64,000 nucleotides of DNA from assembly GCA_007134025.1 (NCBI GenBank), contig SLLR01000012.1:7846-71845 (forward strand), in the 5' to 3' direction. Both the position numbers and the translations under genes were made by a program. Below the pieces are notes generated by a model. The model was not told the DNA's origin, did not search any database, and worked only from the letters and a program-made list of their open reading frames with translations. Within the stretch, counting starts at the first letter, position 1, and the number at the start of each line of letters is the position of its first letter. Shown piece after piece: positions 46,634 to 57,300 of this stretch. This DNA is from Desulfuromonadaceae bacterium. GTDB lineage: Bacteria; Desulfobacterota; Desulfuromonadia; Desulfuromonadales; Syntrophotaleaceae.

Positions 46634-49180
46634 ATGCATGACAAAGCCGCTCCGACCTCGCCCAATCCTTTATACACCGATCCCGCGCCGGCTCCCCTGC
46701 TGGCCTGTTTTCCCTATCGGCAGACCCTGGAACGGGATCGGCAAATTCGAAGTTGCCTGAACGATGTTCTGGAGCAGAACCGGCAGCTTGTGGTGATAGC
46801 CCCCGGCCCTTTGCAGGCGGCGCTGCGAGCCGGTCTGACAGGTCCGGACACGAATCTTGAGGCCTTGGAGTCGCGGGCCGCATTGCAGTTCGCCACACCG
46901 GAAGGACTCGGTTTGCTCACCGCTGATTCCGCCGGTGCAGCGACCGGCTGTCTTTCTGCTGTCGCTCGCAGCGCCCTGGCCCGGGGCTTTGCCGGCCTGG
47001 TCGTTTACTGGGAAATGGCCGGTGCCATTCTGGAAAAAGATCTGTTCTGGCTTGGGGAATATCTTGCCAAAGGAGCGGGCGAGACTGGTTCCGGGACCTT
47101 TGATATCCTCTGCGGCTTTGACCGGCGTCAGGTGTCGAGCCGCCTGCTGGTGTCTCTGTTGCCTTTCTATCCACGGATACGTCACCAGGGTCGGAATATG
47201 GCCAATCCCTATGTTCAGGAGGAAAGCGTCGGCTGGCAGAGGGTCGGACAATCGAAACAGAACAGCGGTCCCCGTCACCAGAAGCGGAGCCGCCGGCCTT
47301 ATCACCGTCAGCAGGTTCTGGATGCGATTATGGCCGACGCTCCCATCGCTCTGTGGATGCTGGATAAACAGCAGCGGATGGTTTTTACCAACCAAAAATT
47401 TTGTCTTGCCACCGGAATCAGTGAGGAACAGTTTCTAGGGGCTGCTCATTATTCCAGGGTGATGGAGGCTGAAGACGCCATGGATTGTATGCTTTCCGAT
47501 GCCAGTGCCCTGGATGCCCAAGGGCCGGTGGAATCGGAAGAGGCCATTCGGGGACCGGACGGGAGTCCGCATATCTATCGGGTCGTGAAGACCCGTCTGG
47601 TCAATGATCGGTCGGAGGTCGAGGGGTTGCTGGGAGTGGCCATCGACATCACCGAACAGAAAGCGGTCGAGCAACGTTTGCGGTACAGTGAAGCCCGGTT
47701 TAGGGATCTTGCCCTGAGCATGGCGGATTTTATCTGGGAGATCGACCAGGCGGGAAGCTTGACCTACTGTTCAGACAAGGTCGAGCAGATGCTGGGTTTT
47801 TCCGTTTCAGAACTGCTGGGCCGCGACTGTTTCGAGCTGTTTCCCGAACCGGAGGCTCGGCGGCTGGAGCAACATTTTTGCGAGGCGGCCCGGTTTGGCA
47901 AGGGGTTTCGCAATCTGCAGACCTGGGTTCTGGACAGGCAGGGCCGGCGACATTGGCTGCGGGTCAGCGGCATACCGGTTTTTGACCGTGACGGTGTTTT
48001 TCTGGGTTTTCGGGGTGTGACCGAAGATGTTACCACCCGCAAGCGGGTCGAAGCCAAAATGCAGCGGGCGCTGGCAAGGGCCGAGCAGGCACGGGACCAG
48101 ATCGACAACATCATCAAGTCCACGGCGGATGGATTGATCGTCACCAGCCCGGTGGCACATCGAATTCTGGTAATGAACGATTCGGCCCGCGAGTGGCTCG
48201 CAGGTGACGGATCAAACCCCATCGGCCGGCCCCTCTCCGAGCTGCTGCCGAACGGTAACGTCCAGCGGCAGATTCAAGCGATCTACAGCGCCCAGACACC
48301 GCCATTTCTGCAGACTGATCTTCCCCTGCAAGAGGCTTTGGCGGGGGGCAGTCGGCGCATACTGCAGGCCCGCACCTCGTTGATGCGCAACAAGCAGGGT
48401 CGGGTCAGCGGCGCCATCACCAGCCTCAGGGATGTCACTGGCGAGCGGGAGCTCGATCGCATGAAGGCCGAGTTCATGTCCATGGCCGCCCATGAGTTGC
48501 GGACCCCGCTGACGGCGATTCTCGGTTATTCCGAGTTGTGCATGAACCCCCAGGAGTTCGGTGGCTTCAGTAACGAACAGCAGAAGGAATTTATCGGCGA
48601 AATTCACAACAAGGCAGAGGAACTGGCCAGGCGGTTGAATGACCTGCTCGACATCAGCCATTTAGAAACAGGCCGACCTCTGCCTCTCAACAAGGAACCC
48701 TTGGCTCTCGCGGAACTGCTGTTTCGGCAGGTGGAGCGGTTTCGCCTGCGGGCCCCGCAACATCGTTTTGAGGTCACGCTGGCCGAGGATTTTCCCGACG
48801 CGGTATCGGCGGATCGAAGCAAGCTCGAGCAAGTGTTAGAGAATCTGCTCGACAACGCGGTGAAGTTTTCCCCCGTAGGCAGCCTCATCAGCCTGCACAG
48901 CAATCGATCGGGATCCTGGTGCCAGGTGGCCGTGGTGGACCGGGGAATCGGCATGACCAGTGACCAGAGTGAACGGGTGTTTGACAACTTTTACCGGGCC
49001 GATGCTTCCGACACCGCCGCCAAGGGGCTGGGTCTGGGCACAAGTATCGCCAAGAGAATCGTCGAGCAGCATGGCGGTTCGATCTGGCTCAAAAGCTCAC
49101 CAGGGGCCGGTACCCGGGTGGTCTTTACCCTGCCCCTGGAAGAGCGGCAGGGGGAATCATCCTCTCCCGGCAGTAAGTAG
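46634..49180 (+). CDS. Sensor histidine kinase with N-terminal MEDS-like domain and multiple PAS domains
   Basis: 848 aa. H-box AAHELRTPLTAILGYSE and an HATPase C-terminus. The N-terminal roughly 190 aa lacks TM segments and resembles MEDS. Confidence 0.85.
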   Translation: MHDKAAPTSPNPLYTDPAPAPLLACFPYRQTLERDRQIRSCLNDVLEQNRQLVVIAPGPLQAALRAGLTGPDTNLEALESRAALQFATPEGLGLLTADSAGAATGCLSAVARSALARGFAGLVVYWEMAGAILEKDLFWLGEYLAKGAGETGSGTFDILCGFDRRQVSSRLLVSLLPFYPRIRHQGRNMANPYVQEESVGWQRVGQSKQNSGPRHQKRSRRPYHRQQVLDAIMADAPIALWMLDKQQRMVFTNQKFCLATGISEEQFLGAAHYSRVMEAEDAMDCMLSDASALDAQGPVESEEAIRGPDGSPHIYRVVKTRLVNDRSEVEGLLGVAIDITEQKAVEQRLRYSEARFRDLALSMADFIWEIDQAGSLTYCSDKVEQMLGFSVSELLGRDCFELFPEPEARRLEQHFCEAARFGKGFRNLQTWVLDRQGRRHWLRVSGIPVFDRDGVFLGFRGVTEDVTTRKRVEAKMQRALARAEQARDQIDNIIKSTADGLIVTSPVAHRILVMNDSAREWLAGDGSNPIGRPLSELLPNGNVQRQIQAIYSAQTPPFLQTDLPLQEALAGGSRRILQARTSLMRNKQGRVSGAITSLRDVTGERELDRMKAEFMSMAAHELRTPLTAILGYSELCMNPQEFGGFSNEQQKEFIGEIHNKAEELARRLNDLLDISHLETGRPLPLNKEPLALAELLFRQVERFRLRAPQHRFEVTLAEDFPDAVSADRSKLEQVLENLLDNAVKFSPVGSLISLHSNRSGSWCQVAVVDRGIGMTSDQSERVFDNFYRADASDTAAKGLGLGTSIAKRIVEQHGGSIWLKSSPGAGTRVVFTLPLEERQGESSSPGSK

Positions 49181-49181
49181 T

Positions 49182-49260
49182 ATCCATCTAAAAACTTCGG
49201 ATGGATACAGCGCAGTTTTCCTATGGGAAACGAGCAATTTTTCCTTGTCGCAAGGAAATC
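49182..49260 (+). repeat. Hairpin-plus-conserved-box repeat, copy 1
   Basis: ATCCATC...GATGGAT hairpin followed by ACAGCGCAGTTTTCCTATGGGAAACGAGCAATTTTTCCTTGTCGCAAGGAAATC. Related copies occur at 63053-63130 (minus strand) and 63969-64000. Confidence 0.75.
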
Positions 49261-49279
49261 TCATGGAGTTGGAGACTGG

Positions 49280-50005
49280 ATGCGGGATGACGGAAGAAAC
49301 CGCCGGAAGATCGGCCCTATGTTCGATGCGCTGGCGCCTCGCTACGATCTGCTCAATCGCCTGTTGTCCCTGGGCATTGACCGCTACTGGCGGCGCCGCG
49401 CAGTGCGCTGGCTGGACCTGCCCCGCCAGGGGCTGATCCTTGATGCGGCCAGCGGTACCGGAGACGTGGCGCTGGAGATTGCCCGCCAGGGGAGTTCCGA
49501 ACTGCAACTGGTCGCCTGTGATCTTTCTCCAGGAATGCTGAAGCGGGCGCGGCACAAAATGCGGAAACGGTTTTACGGCGGGCGTTTCTGGCTGTTGCTG
49601 GGCGACTGCGAGGCCTTGCCACTGCAAACCGCTGTCTGTGTCGGGGCGATTATCGCTTTTGGCATCCGCAACGTCGGTGATCGCCGGGCCGGTCTGCGGG
49701 AGTTGCGCCGCGTGCTCAAGCCCGGCGCGCCGCTGGTGGTGCTGGAGTTTTCCCAACCCCTCCGGCCTCTGCTTCGCGCCTGTTATCTCTTCTACTTTCG
49801 ACGCATCCTGCCGTTTATCGGCGGCCTTCTGTCCGATTCCAGCGCCTACCGCTACCTGCCCGATTCGGTGCAGAATTTTCCCGCCCGCAATGAATTCAAA
49901 CAGATGCTGACCGAGGCCGGTTTTGCCGAGCCTGAACACCTTGATTTGAGCGCCGGCATCGTGACGCTCTATCGTGCCCGTAACCCCGGCGAGAATCTTG
50001 ACTGA
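49280..50005 (+). CDS. ubiE: Demethylmenaquinone/ubiquinone C-methyltransferase UbiE/MenG
   Basis: MFDALAPRYDLLNRLLSLGIDRYWRR..., the SAM motif DAASGTGD, and a C-terminal GIVTLY. Start trimmed to ATG 49280, because the upstream part of the ORF is repeat sequence. Confidence 0.85.
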   Translation: MRDDGRNRRKIGPMFDALAPRYDLLNRLLSLGIDRYWRRRAVRWLDLPRQGLILDAASGTGDVALEIARQGSSELQLVACDLSPGMLKRARHKMRKRFYGGRFWLLLGDCEALPLQTAVCVGAIIAFGIRNVGDRRAGLRELRRVLKPGAPLVVLEFSQPLRPLLRACYLFYFRRILPFIGGLLSDSSAYRYLPDSVQNFPARNEFKQMLTEAGFAEPEHLDLSAGIVTLYRARNPGENLD

Positions 50006-50028
50006 ACCGGAGTCTCGACGGATTCTGG

Positions 50029-53000
50029 TCAGGGAGCATCTTCCCGAGAGGTCCCGGTGAAAACCTCTCTCGGGTCGGTTACCATCTTGCCCGGCAGGCC
50101 GAAAACCCTTCGAAAAATACCCAGCACCTTGTTGGAAACCGAAGTGACCGGTACCGGAATCACTCGGGGTGCGCGAGGCGAGCCGGTGATTTCGAAATGC
50201 GCCGTGATCAGTGCTTTGTCCTCGCCGGTCAGCAGCCACCCGGCGACGGGAATGCGGGTAATCACTTTATCCACCGTGCCAAGGGGCTTGACCCCGAGCA
50301 TCAGGTCCATTTGTTCTTCCACCAGATCAACGGTACCCACCAGCGACAGGTTCATGGCATTGCTGGTCACCAGCAGGTTCTCCGTGGACAGCAGACCTTC
50401 GGCCAGCTCAAAATCCCCTTCCAGAAGGGAAAAGGGCATGCCCTGGGACACCATGTCCGGCAGTTCCAGAACAAAAAGTTGAGAAACGTTGAGTAGCGAA
50501 AAGACTTTGGCCAGAAAAGGGAACTTGCGTAGTGTCCCGTCCCGAATCAGCACACGACATTCTCCGGTGGCCTTGGGCAGAAAGTTGTCGCCAAGAGGCC
50601 CGGCAAGGTGAAAAGTGCCGTCCAGGGTTCCGCTGAGCAGCTCCTTGTTGCTGAACAGCCCGGCGGAATTGATTTCGCCCAGATTCACTTGGGACAACTG
50701 ACCTTCAATGCGCAGCACGGGCGGTTGCTCTGTGCTGCGCTGCAGGGTGACCTGCCCCTGGCCGGATCCTCCGCCGGTGGTAAAGTGGATGGGATCGACA
50801 CGCAGTTGCTCATCCTCTAAAGTGATAGTGGCCGTTCCCTGCTCAAAAGGCCATTGCTGGTAACTGCCACTGTCGATTCGGCTGTCGACGACGATGTGCA
50901 GCCGCTGTCCCTGAGCCCCCCGGCGACCGGATCGTCTCGGTCCCTGCCAGAGAGCCAATACCCTGTCGATGTCGGCCCGCTCCGCAGTCGCCTCCAGCTG
51001 CAGGCGGGGGTTGTCGCCCAGGGTCAGGCGCCCGTCGACGGCATAGCGGTTACCGTCATCAAGTGTCACCCGCAGAGCGTCGAAATCCACCTGTTGGCCG
51101 CTGAAGATCAGCCGCCCCTCGAGTTGGTGCAGATGCGCTTCGGGGGCCGTGAAGACAGCCGCGTCGGCCGCCACCCGGTCGGCACTGAATTCGAGGGACA
51201 GCCGGGGCGGAAAGCCTTTGTCGAGTCGGCCCGTCAGCTGCACGGGCGAGTCGCCGAGCCGGCCGAGCAGATTCTGCCAGGCGGCGCGATCCTGGGACAG
51301 ATCGATGGTGCCGGAAAACCCCTGTAGCGGCGCTCCGAGGATCTGGGAAAAGGTGACACCGGCGTCGGTTAGCTGCAGGGCACCCTGACCTGCGACCGCC
51401 CCGCCGGGGTGACCCTGCAGTCGGTAGTTTCCAAAAACCGTTCCTTGAAGTGCAAAGCGTTGCAGGTGCGGCAACAGCAACGGCAGGCGGCCCAGAGCGG
51501 TTTGCGCCACTTCCAGCTCCAGGAGGTAGTCACCGTCTGCCGTGCGGGGATAACGGCCCCGGGCGGCAAGTTTCAGCGGTCCGACAATCAACGACCCCCC
51601 GGTCAGGAGCAGTGCCTCTTTGCCGAGGCGGCCCTGCAGTTTGACGGCTGCCTCCATACCCTGTGGTTTGGCCAACCGGTCCCGGTAGTGCAGGTCGCTG
51701 GCCTGCAGATCGGCCTGCAGGGTCCAGTCCAGTTGCCGCAAGGGACCCTCGACGCTGAAACGCACCGGAACCGGTCCGTTGGCGGCAAGCCGATCCGCGA
51801 CGGGTTGGGGCAACAGCGCGGGCAGCTTGCGACTGGGAAACAGCCAGGCCGCGCCGAACACAGTCCGTATTTCATCCCCGAAAGTATCGTTCAGACTTCC
51901 GGAAAACTGCAGGGGGGAGTCCATGAGGCGGGCGCTGCCGTCGCTGAGGGTCAGCTGCTGATCCTTCCAGGTAACGGTGGCCTGAAGGGCCTGCAGCGCC
52001 AGTTGGCCGCCCAGCATCAGGTCGGCGTCGCGCAGCTGCAGGCTAGCGTCCTGCAGGGTCTGTCCCAGAGTCTCAGGGCCGAATGCGGCCAGCGGCCCGG
52101 CGAAACGGCTGTAGTCAAGGCGCAGGGTGCCGCCGGCCGGAACAACGGTTAGCAGGGGGGGGTCAGCAAGAAGTCCTGGCGGAAGCAGCCGGAAAAGATC
52201 CGTCAGGGGCAGGTCCGCTGAGGACAGTCCCCCTTCAATCCAGGGGTCGTCCGTATCCCGCTGCAGGGAAAAATGACCCGCAAACTGCAGTCCGTCCCAG
52301 TGCAGGGAGAGGTTGTCGAAGCGATCCAGATGGTCCTTGGCGGTCCAGACACCAGAGAAGGCCAGCCGCTCCAGAGCCAGGGGCGACGGAGTCAGGTCCG
52401 CCAATGCAAGCAGCAACGGATCGCTGTTCAGCTCGGCACGAAATGCCAGCCCTTCTGCGGGGGAACCGGTCAGCGACAGGTCTGCGCTGAAGAGGCCCCG
52501 CGTGCCCCGGCACCGGACCCACGGGTAATCTCCGCAGAGGGTCTCGGCTTCCATCCCCGCAAGGCGTATCGTCAGATCCAGCCACAGCCGGCGCCACAGG
52601 GCCGGGTCGGAAGGCACCCGCAACCGACCGCTGGCCAGTAGATGGGTTTCCGGATTCTCGGCCAGTTGGCATTGCAGCTTGAGATGGCCTTTGTCCGGGG
52701 TATAGATGTCCTGTACAGCAAGTTCGATACCGGTCAGGTCCAGAACAAAGGGCTGATCCTGCTGACGCAGATCGGTCAGTCGCAGACTTCCCCCCCGAAG
52801 GCGCAGGGAATGCACCTGTACCGTAGCCAGAATGCGGCTGACCAATTCAACGGGCCGCAGATCCCGGGTTGTCGGACTCTCATCGTTCGTGAGGGTAAAG
52901 CGTGCCTGGGGCTGCAGCAGAACCACCTTGTCAAGGCGGATTCGGCCCATCAACAGCGGCCATAAGCGGGCCTGAAGAGCCAGCCCTTCGGCTTGGAGAA

Positions 53001-53235
53001 GCGGATCTTCTTCGCTGCCGATGCGAATATCGGTGAAGGCGAAGGCGGGGCCGGGTGCCAGCGTCAGGCTGGCGGTTCCAAGCTGAACCGGCTGGGCCAG
53101 GGTGCTGCTGAGATGTTGCTGCAATTCGTCCCGGTAGCGATTCAGGTCAAACGTCAGCAGAAAAAAGGTCGCGCTCAGCAGGCCGGCGACGACCAGCAGG
53201 CCGAGAAGGGTCAGTATGGGGTGGCGGCGCAGCAT
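50029..53235 (-). CDS. YhdP-like AsmA-superfamily large envelope protein
   Basis: 1068 aa with an N-terminal TM anchor followed by an AsmA-like N-terminus. The C-terminal LLNVSQLF...GMPFSLLEGDFELAEGLL...ITAHFEITGSPRAP resembles the YhdP C-terminal domain. Confidence 0.7.
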   Translation of the reverse strand: MLRRHPILTLLGLLVVAGLLSATFFLLTFDLNRYRDELQQHLSSTLAQPVQLGTASLTLAPGPAFAFTDIRIGSEEDPLLQAEGLALQARLWPLLMGRIRLDKVVLLQPQARFTLTNDESPTTRDLRPVELVSRILATVQVHSLRLRGGSLRLTDLRQQDQPFVLDLTGIELAVQDIYTPDKGHLKLQCQLAENPETHLLASGRLRVPSDPALWRRLWLDLTIRLAGMEAETLCGDYPWVRCRGTRGLFSADLSLTGSPAEGLAFRAELNSDPLLLALADLTPSPLALERLAFSGVWTAKDHLDRFDNLSLHWDGLQFAGHFSLQRDTDDPWIEGGLSSADLPLTDLFRLLPPGLLADPPLLTVVPAGGTLRLDYSRFAGPLAAFGPETLGQTLQDASLQLRDADLMLGGQLALQALQATVTWKDQQLTLSDGSARLMDSPLQFSGSLNDTFGDEIRTVFGAAWLFPSRKLPALLPQPVADRLAANGPVPVRFSVEGPLRQLDWTLQADLQASDLHYRDRLAKPQGMEAAVKLQGRLGKEALLLTGGSLIVGPLKLAARGRYPRTADGDYLLELEVAQTALGRLPLLLPHLQRFALQGTVFGNYRLQGHPGGAVAGQGALQLTDAGVTFSQILGAPLQGFSGTIDLSQDRAAWQNLLGRLGDSPVQLTGRLDKGFPPRLSLEFSADRVAADAAVFTAPEAHLHQLEGRLIFSGQQVDFDALRVTLDDGNRYAVDGRLTLGDNPRLQLEATAERADIDRVLALWQGPRRSGRRGAQGQRLHIVVDSRIDSGSYQQWPFEQGTATITLEDEQLRVDPIHFTTGGGSGQGQVTLQRSTEQPPVLRIEGQLSQVNLGEINSAGLFSNKELLSGTLDGTFHLAGPLGDNFLPKATGECRVLIRDGTLRKFPFLAKVFSLLNVSQLFVLELPDMVSQGMPFSLLEGDFELAEGLLSTENLLVTSNAMNLSLVGTVDLVEEQMDLMLGVKPLGTVDKVITRIPVAGWLLTGEDKALITAHFEITGSPRAPRVIPVPVTSVSNKVLGIFRRVFGLPGKMVTDPREVFTGTSREDAP

Positions 53236-53320
53236 GACGATCCTCTGTTCGGTTTTGCAGACTTGGGTGGAAGGTCGGGTCGGTTCCGTGAAGCGGGGTT
53301 CTGCCAGGCCGGAAAAAATG

Positions 53321-54196
53321 TCAGCTGTCGACGAGAGTCAGATTGACCGCTCGCAGCAGGGTTGTCAGTTGGGCAGGCAGGGGACAGACGACAACCTGAA
53401 GTGACTGGTCGGCGGTTCCGGGCCAGGCCAGTCGGCTGCAATGGAGAAAGGGCCAGCGGCCATTCGGAAGCATGTCGCCGCCGTAGCGGCGGTCGTTGAC
53501 CAGAGGGTGTCCGGCATCGGCCAGCTGGCGGCGAATCTGGTGCTTGCGGCCGCTGATCAGCTCCAATTGCAACAAGGTGTGGTGGCGGCTGCGGGACAGA
53601 GTCCGATAGCGGGTGACGGCGCTACGCAGCCGGCCTTTGGCGGGCACCGGACTGAGCAGCTCGCCCTGCTCGGGCAGGGTGCCGGAGACCAGTGCCAGAT
53701 AGTTTTTCTCCACCTGGCCGGCCATGAAAAAGCCGCCGAGGGCGGCTGCGGCCCGACGGCCCTTGGCAAACAGCAGCGGCCCCGAAGTGCCCACATCGAG
53801 ACGATGGACAGGAAGGGCCCGGTAAGGGCGCCGATGCCGTTGCAGCCAGAGATTCACCCGGTCTGCCAGATTGTCCGCTTCGTGCCCCACAGAGCGGTGA
53901 ACCGCCAGACCGGCCGGTTTGCAGACAACCAGAAAGTCGGGTCCTTCCAGCAGGATGTCAATCTGTTGCCGTTGCCCCATATCCAGCAGTTCGGCGAGTC
54001 GCCGACTGGCCGGCAGCACCAGGGCGTCCCCCGGCTGCAGGGTCTCCAGGCCGGAACAGGGTCCGCCGTTAAGACGCAGCCGCCCCTTGCGAACCAACTG
54101 GCGCAGATAAGCGGACGGTGCGGCGGGGATTCGGCGCTGCAGAAAACAGTCTATCGAAAGGCCGTCTTCCTTGTCGGATGCAATCAGTCGGGTCAT
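53321..54196 (-). CDS. RluA-family pseudouridine synthase with S4-like N-terminus
   Basis: HRLDVGTSGPLLFAK catalytic motif. Start uncertain: ATG 54196 or TTG 54232. Confidence 0.8.
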   Translation of the reverse strand: MTRLIASDKEDGLSIDCFLQRRIPAAPSAYLRQLVRKGRLRLNGGPCSGLETLQPGDALVLPASRRLAELLDMGQRQQIDILLEGPDFLVVCKPAGLAVHRSVGHEADNLADRVNLWLQRHRRPYRALPVHRLDVGTSGPLLFAKGRRAAAALGGFFMAGQVEKNYLALVSGTLPEQGELLSPVPAKGRLRSAVTRYRTLSRSRHHTLLQLELISGRKHQIRRQLADAGHPLVNDRRYGGDMLPNGRWPFLHCSRLAWPGTADQSLQVVVCPLPAQLTTLLRAVNLTLVDS

Positions 54197-54353
54197 GGGT
54201 TGATCATACCTTCTGCCGCTGGTTCCGGGCAAGTTTTGCGACCGGTATTTTCGCGCCGCCGCCGGTTTTCCCGGCCGACATATCCGACTTTACTTGCCGT
54301 TGCTAGCTTGTTACCATGTGCCGTTATTTTATCATCTGCCGGTGATGAGGCAC

Positions 54354-57300
54354 ATGAAGATCAAGCGTTTGGAAATCGTCGGTTTCAAGTCCTTCGTCGA
54401 TCGGGTCTGTCTCGATTTCAGCGAAGGAATTGCTGCGGTTGTCGGTCCCAACGGCTGCGGCAAAAGCAACATTCTTGATGCCATACGTTGGGTCATGGGC
54501 GAACAGAGCGCCAGAAACCTGCGAGGGCGCTCTATGGAAGATGTGATCTTTGGCGGCAGCGAAATGCGCAAGCCGGTGGGCATGGCCGAGGTGTCCCTGA
54601 TTTTGTCCAATGAAGGGAGGCTGGGGCCGCCTGCCCTGCGAGACTACCCGGAAATCATGGTCACCCGCCGTCTCTATCGTAACGGCGACAGCGAATACCG
54701 TCTCAACAAAACCCCATGCCGACTGCTCGACATCACGGAACTGTTCATTGATACGGGAGTGGGCGCACGCGCCTATTCCATTATCGAGCAGGGCAAGATC
54801 GGCATGATTCTCAGTGCCCGCCCGGAAGACCGGCGTTTCCTCATCGAGGAAGCCGCCGGAATCAGCAAGTTCAAGAGCCGCAAACAGGCGGCCCTGCGCA
54901 AGATCGAAGCAACCCGGCAGAACCTGCTGCGGCTGCAGGACATCATCAGCGAAGTCCGGCGGCAGCTGAACGCCCTGAAGCGGCAGGCCCGCAAGGCCGA
55001 GCAGTATCGGGACTATCGGGAGCAACTGAAAGCCCTTGAAGTGGCCCTGGCTGCCGAGCGTTTTCGGGATCTGGGGCAGCAATGGGCGGTTGTGGAATCG
55101 GCTTGTGAGGAACAAGGCCGTCAGGCCGCCATGCTGGAGCGGCAAGCGGAGAAGGTAGAACTGGAAATCGAGGCGCGGCGGCTGGAACAAATCATATTGG
55201 AAAAAGAACAGACCCGCCGCCAGCAGCAATTTTTTGAACTGACCACATCGATTCAGCAGATCGAATCCCGCCTCCAGTACGACCAGAAGGGGATTGCTGC
55301 GGCGCAGCGACAGCAGGAGCAGCTGACAGCTGAACTGGAGAGTCTTGGTGAGCAACTGATCGACACCGAGGGGGAGGTGGCGGCGCTGCGCAGCAGCGAA
55401 ACCGGTGCCGAACAGGAACTGGCCCGCCAGGAGTCCCGGCTTGAGCAGAGTGAGGCGGCTCTGGCGTCGCTGCTGAGTGCTGATGAAGCGGCCCAGCAGA
55501 TTTTGGAAGAGGATCGGCAGAGTCTGTTGCGCCTCAGTAGCGAGTTGGCTCGACTGGACAACCGTCGCGAAGAAGTGCGGCGCCGTCAGCAGCTCCTGGC
55601 GGAGCAGCGCAGCCGTTACCGTCAGGAGCTGCAAACGGTCCGGGAACAACAGGACGAGTTGCGGGAGCGGATTGCCGATAGTGAGCGGTCCCTTGCCGTT
55701 GAGGGCCGGCAACGGGACGCGCTGGAGGGACAGTTGGAGACAGCCCGGCGGCATATCCAGAGAGTCCGGCAGCAGAAGGAGGAAGGAGAGTCCCCCTTTT
55801 TGCAGACCCAGGAAGCTCTGAGCCGACGCCGTTCCCGGCTGGAATCCCTGCGGGATCTGGAGCGGGCCAGGGAGGGCTGTGAAGCCGGGGTAAGGACACT
55901 GCTGGCGGATGGGCACTGGGGGCAGGTCTGTGCCGGGTTGGCCGCCGATATGCTGGCGGTTCCGGCGGAATGGGAAGTGGCGCTGGAAGCGGTACTCGGC
56001 GATCGCCTGCAGGCGCTGCTGCCGGGCCGTGTCGAAGATGTTTTCAGTGCTCTGGAGTTGCTGCGCGGCAGCGGCGGACGCGCAGCTTTGCTGTTGCCGG
56101 CACAGGGCCCGCTGCAGCAGCCCGTGGAAGTGGTCGGCGCAAAGCCGTTGCTGTCCCTGGTCCGGCCCGATGAAGGCCTTGCCGAGGAGGCCGCCGCGCT
56201 GCTGGACGGATTGTTTCTGGTAGAGGATCTGGCCCCCTACCTTGGCGGGTCTCTGCCGCGGGGAGTGACCCTGGTGACCGCTGCCGGCGACAGTCTTTCT
56301 CATCGCGGCCTGTTGCGTGGTGGTGCGACAAAAGCCCTGGACGGCGGCTTGTTGCAGAAACGACGGGAAATCAAGGAACTCATCGCCGAAGTCGCGAGGC
56401 TGGAAGACGCCTTTAGCGAGTTGCAGCGCCAGCGACTTCAGCAGAAAGAAGAAATCCTCCAAAGCGAAGAGACGCTGCAGCAGCTGACCGCTGCGCTGCA
56501 GTCCCTGCAGTTGCGTCTGGCCGCTGCGGAGAAGGATCTGGATCGGCAGCGGGAGGATCTGCGCCGCCTGCAGGAACGAGCCGCCCGGTTGGGTTTTGAG
56601 GACGACCGGCTGGCCGAAGAATCGGAAACCCTGAGGCAGGGATTGATCGAAGACGAAGGGGCCCTGGAAGCGCGAAAAGAGCGGCGCAGGGCGCTGGAGA
56701 CATCGGTCGCAGCCGTTCAGGAGCAGCAGCAGGAGCGGCGCCTGATTCTGACCAGAGAAAGGGAATCGGTTACCGCTCTCAAGGTGGCACTGGCCGGTTT
56801 GCGGGAACGGGAAGACGGCAACCGGCGCAACCTGCGGAGGCTGGAAAAAACCCTCGAAGACGGACTTCGACGCCAGGAAGAAGCAGGCCGGCGGCTCCAG
56901 GAAACGGTTCGGGAGCAGCAAGGGTTGGAAAAAACGCTCGACAGGCAACGGGTCGAGATGGAAGTTCTGCTGCGCCGTCAGGAAGAGGAAGCCCGGTATC
57001 AGCAGACCTGCGAAGAAAATGTTGAGGCCGGCGCTGCGGCGCTGAAGGCGTCGGAAGCGGGTCTGAAGGAGTTGCGCAGTCGGCACTCGTTACTCCAGGA
57101 TGGGCTGAGAGCCGACCAGGTTCGGCTGCGGGAGATCGAACTGGAAATGACCCACCTGCGGGAATCCGTCCTTGATCGCTACCGTATCGACTTGCAACAG
57201 CAAATCGAACAGCCGACGGCGGTGGACGAACAACAGTCGCAGCAGCGCATGAAGGAGCTGCGCCGGCTGTTGGAGGACATGGGTGAAGTGAATCTCATGG

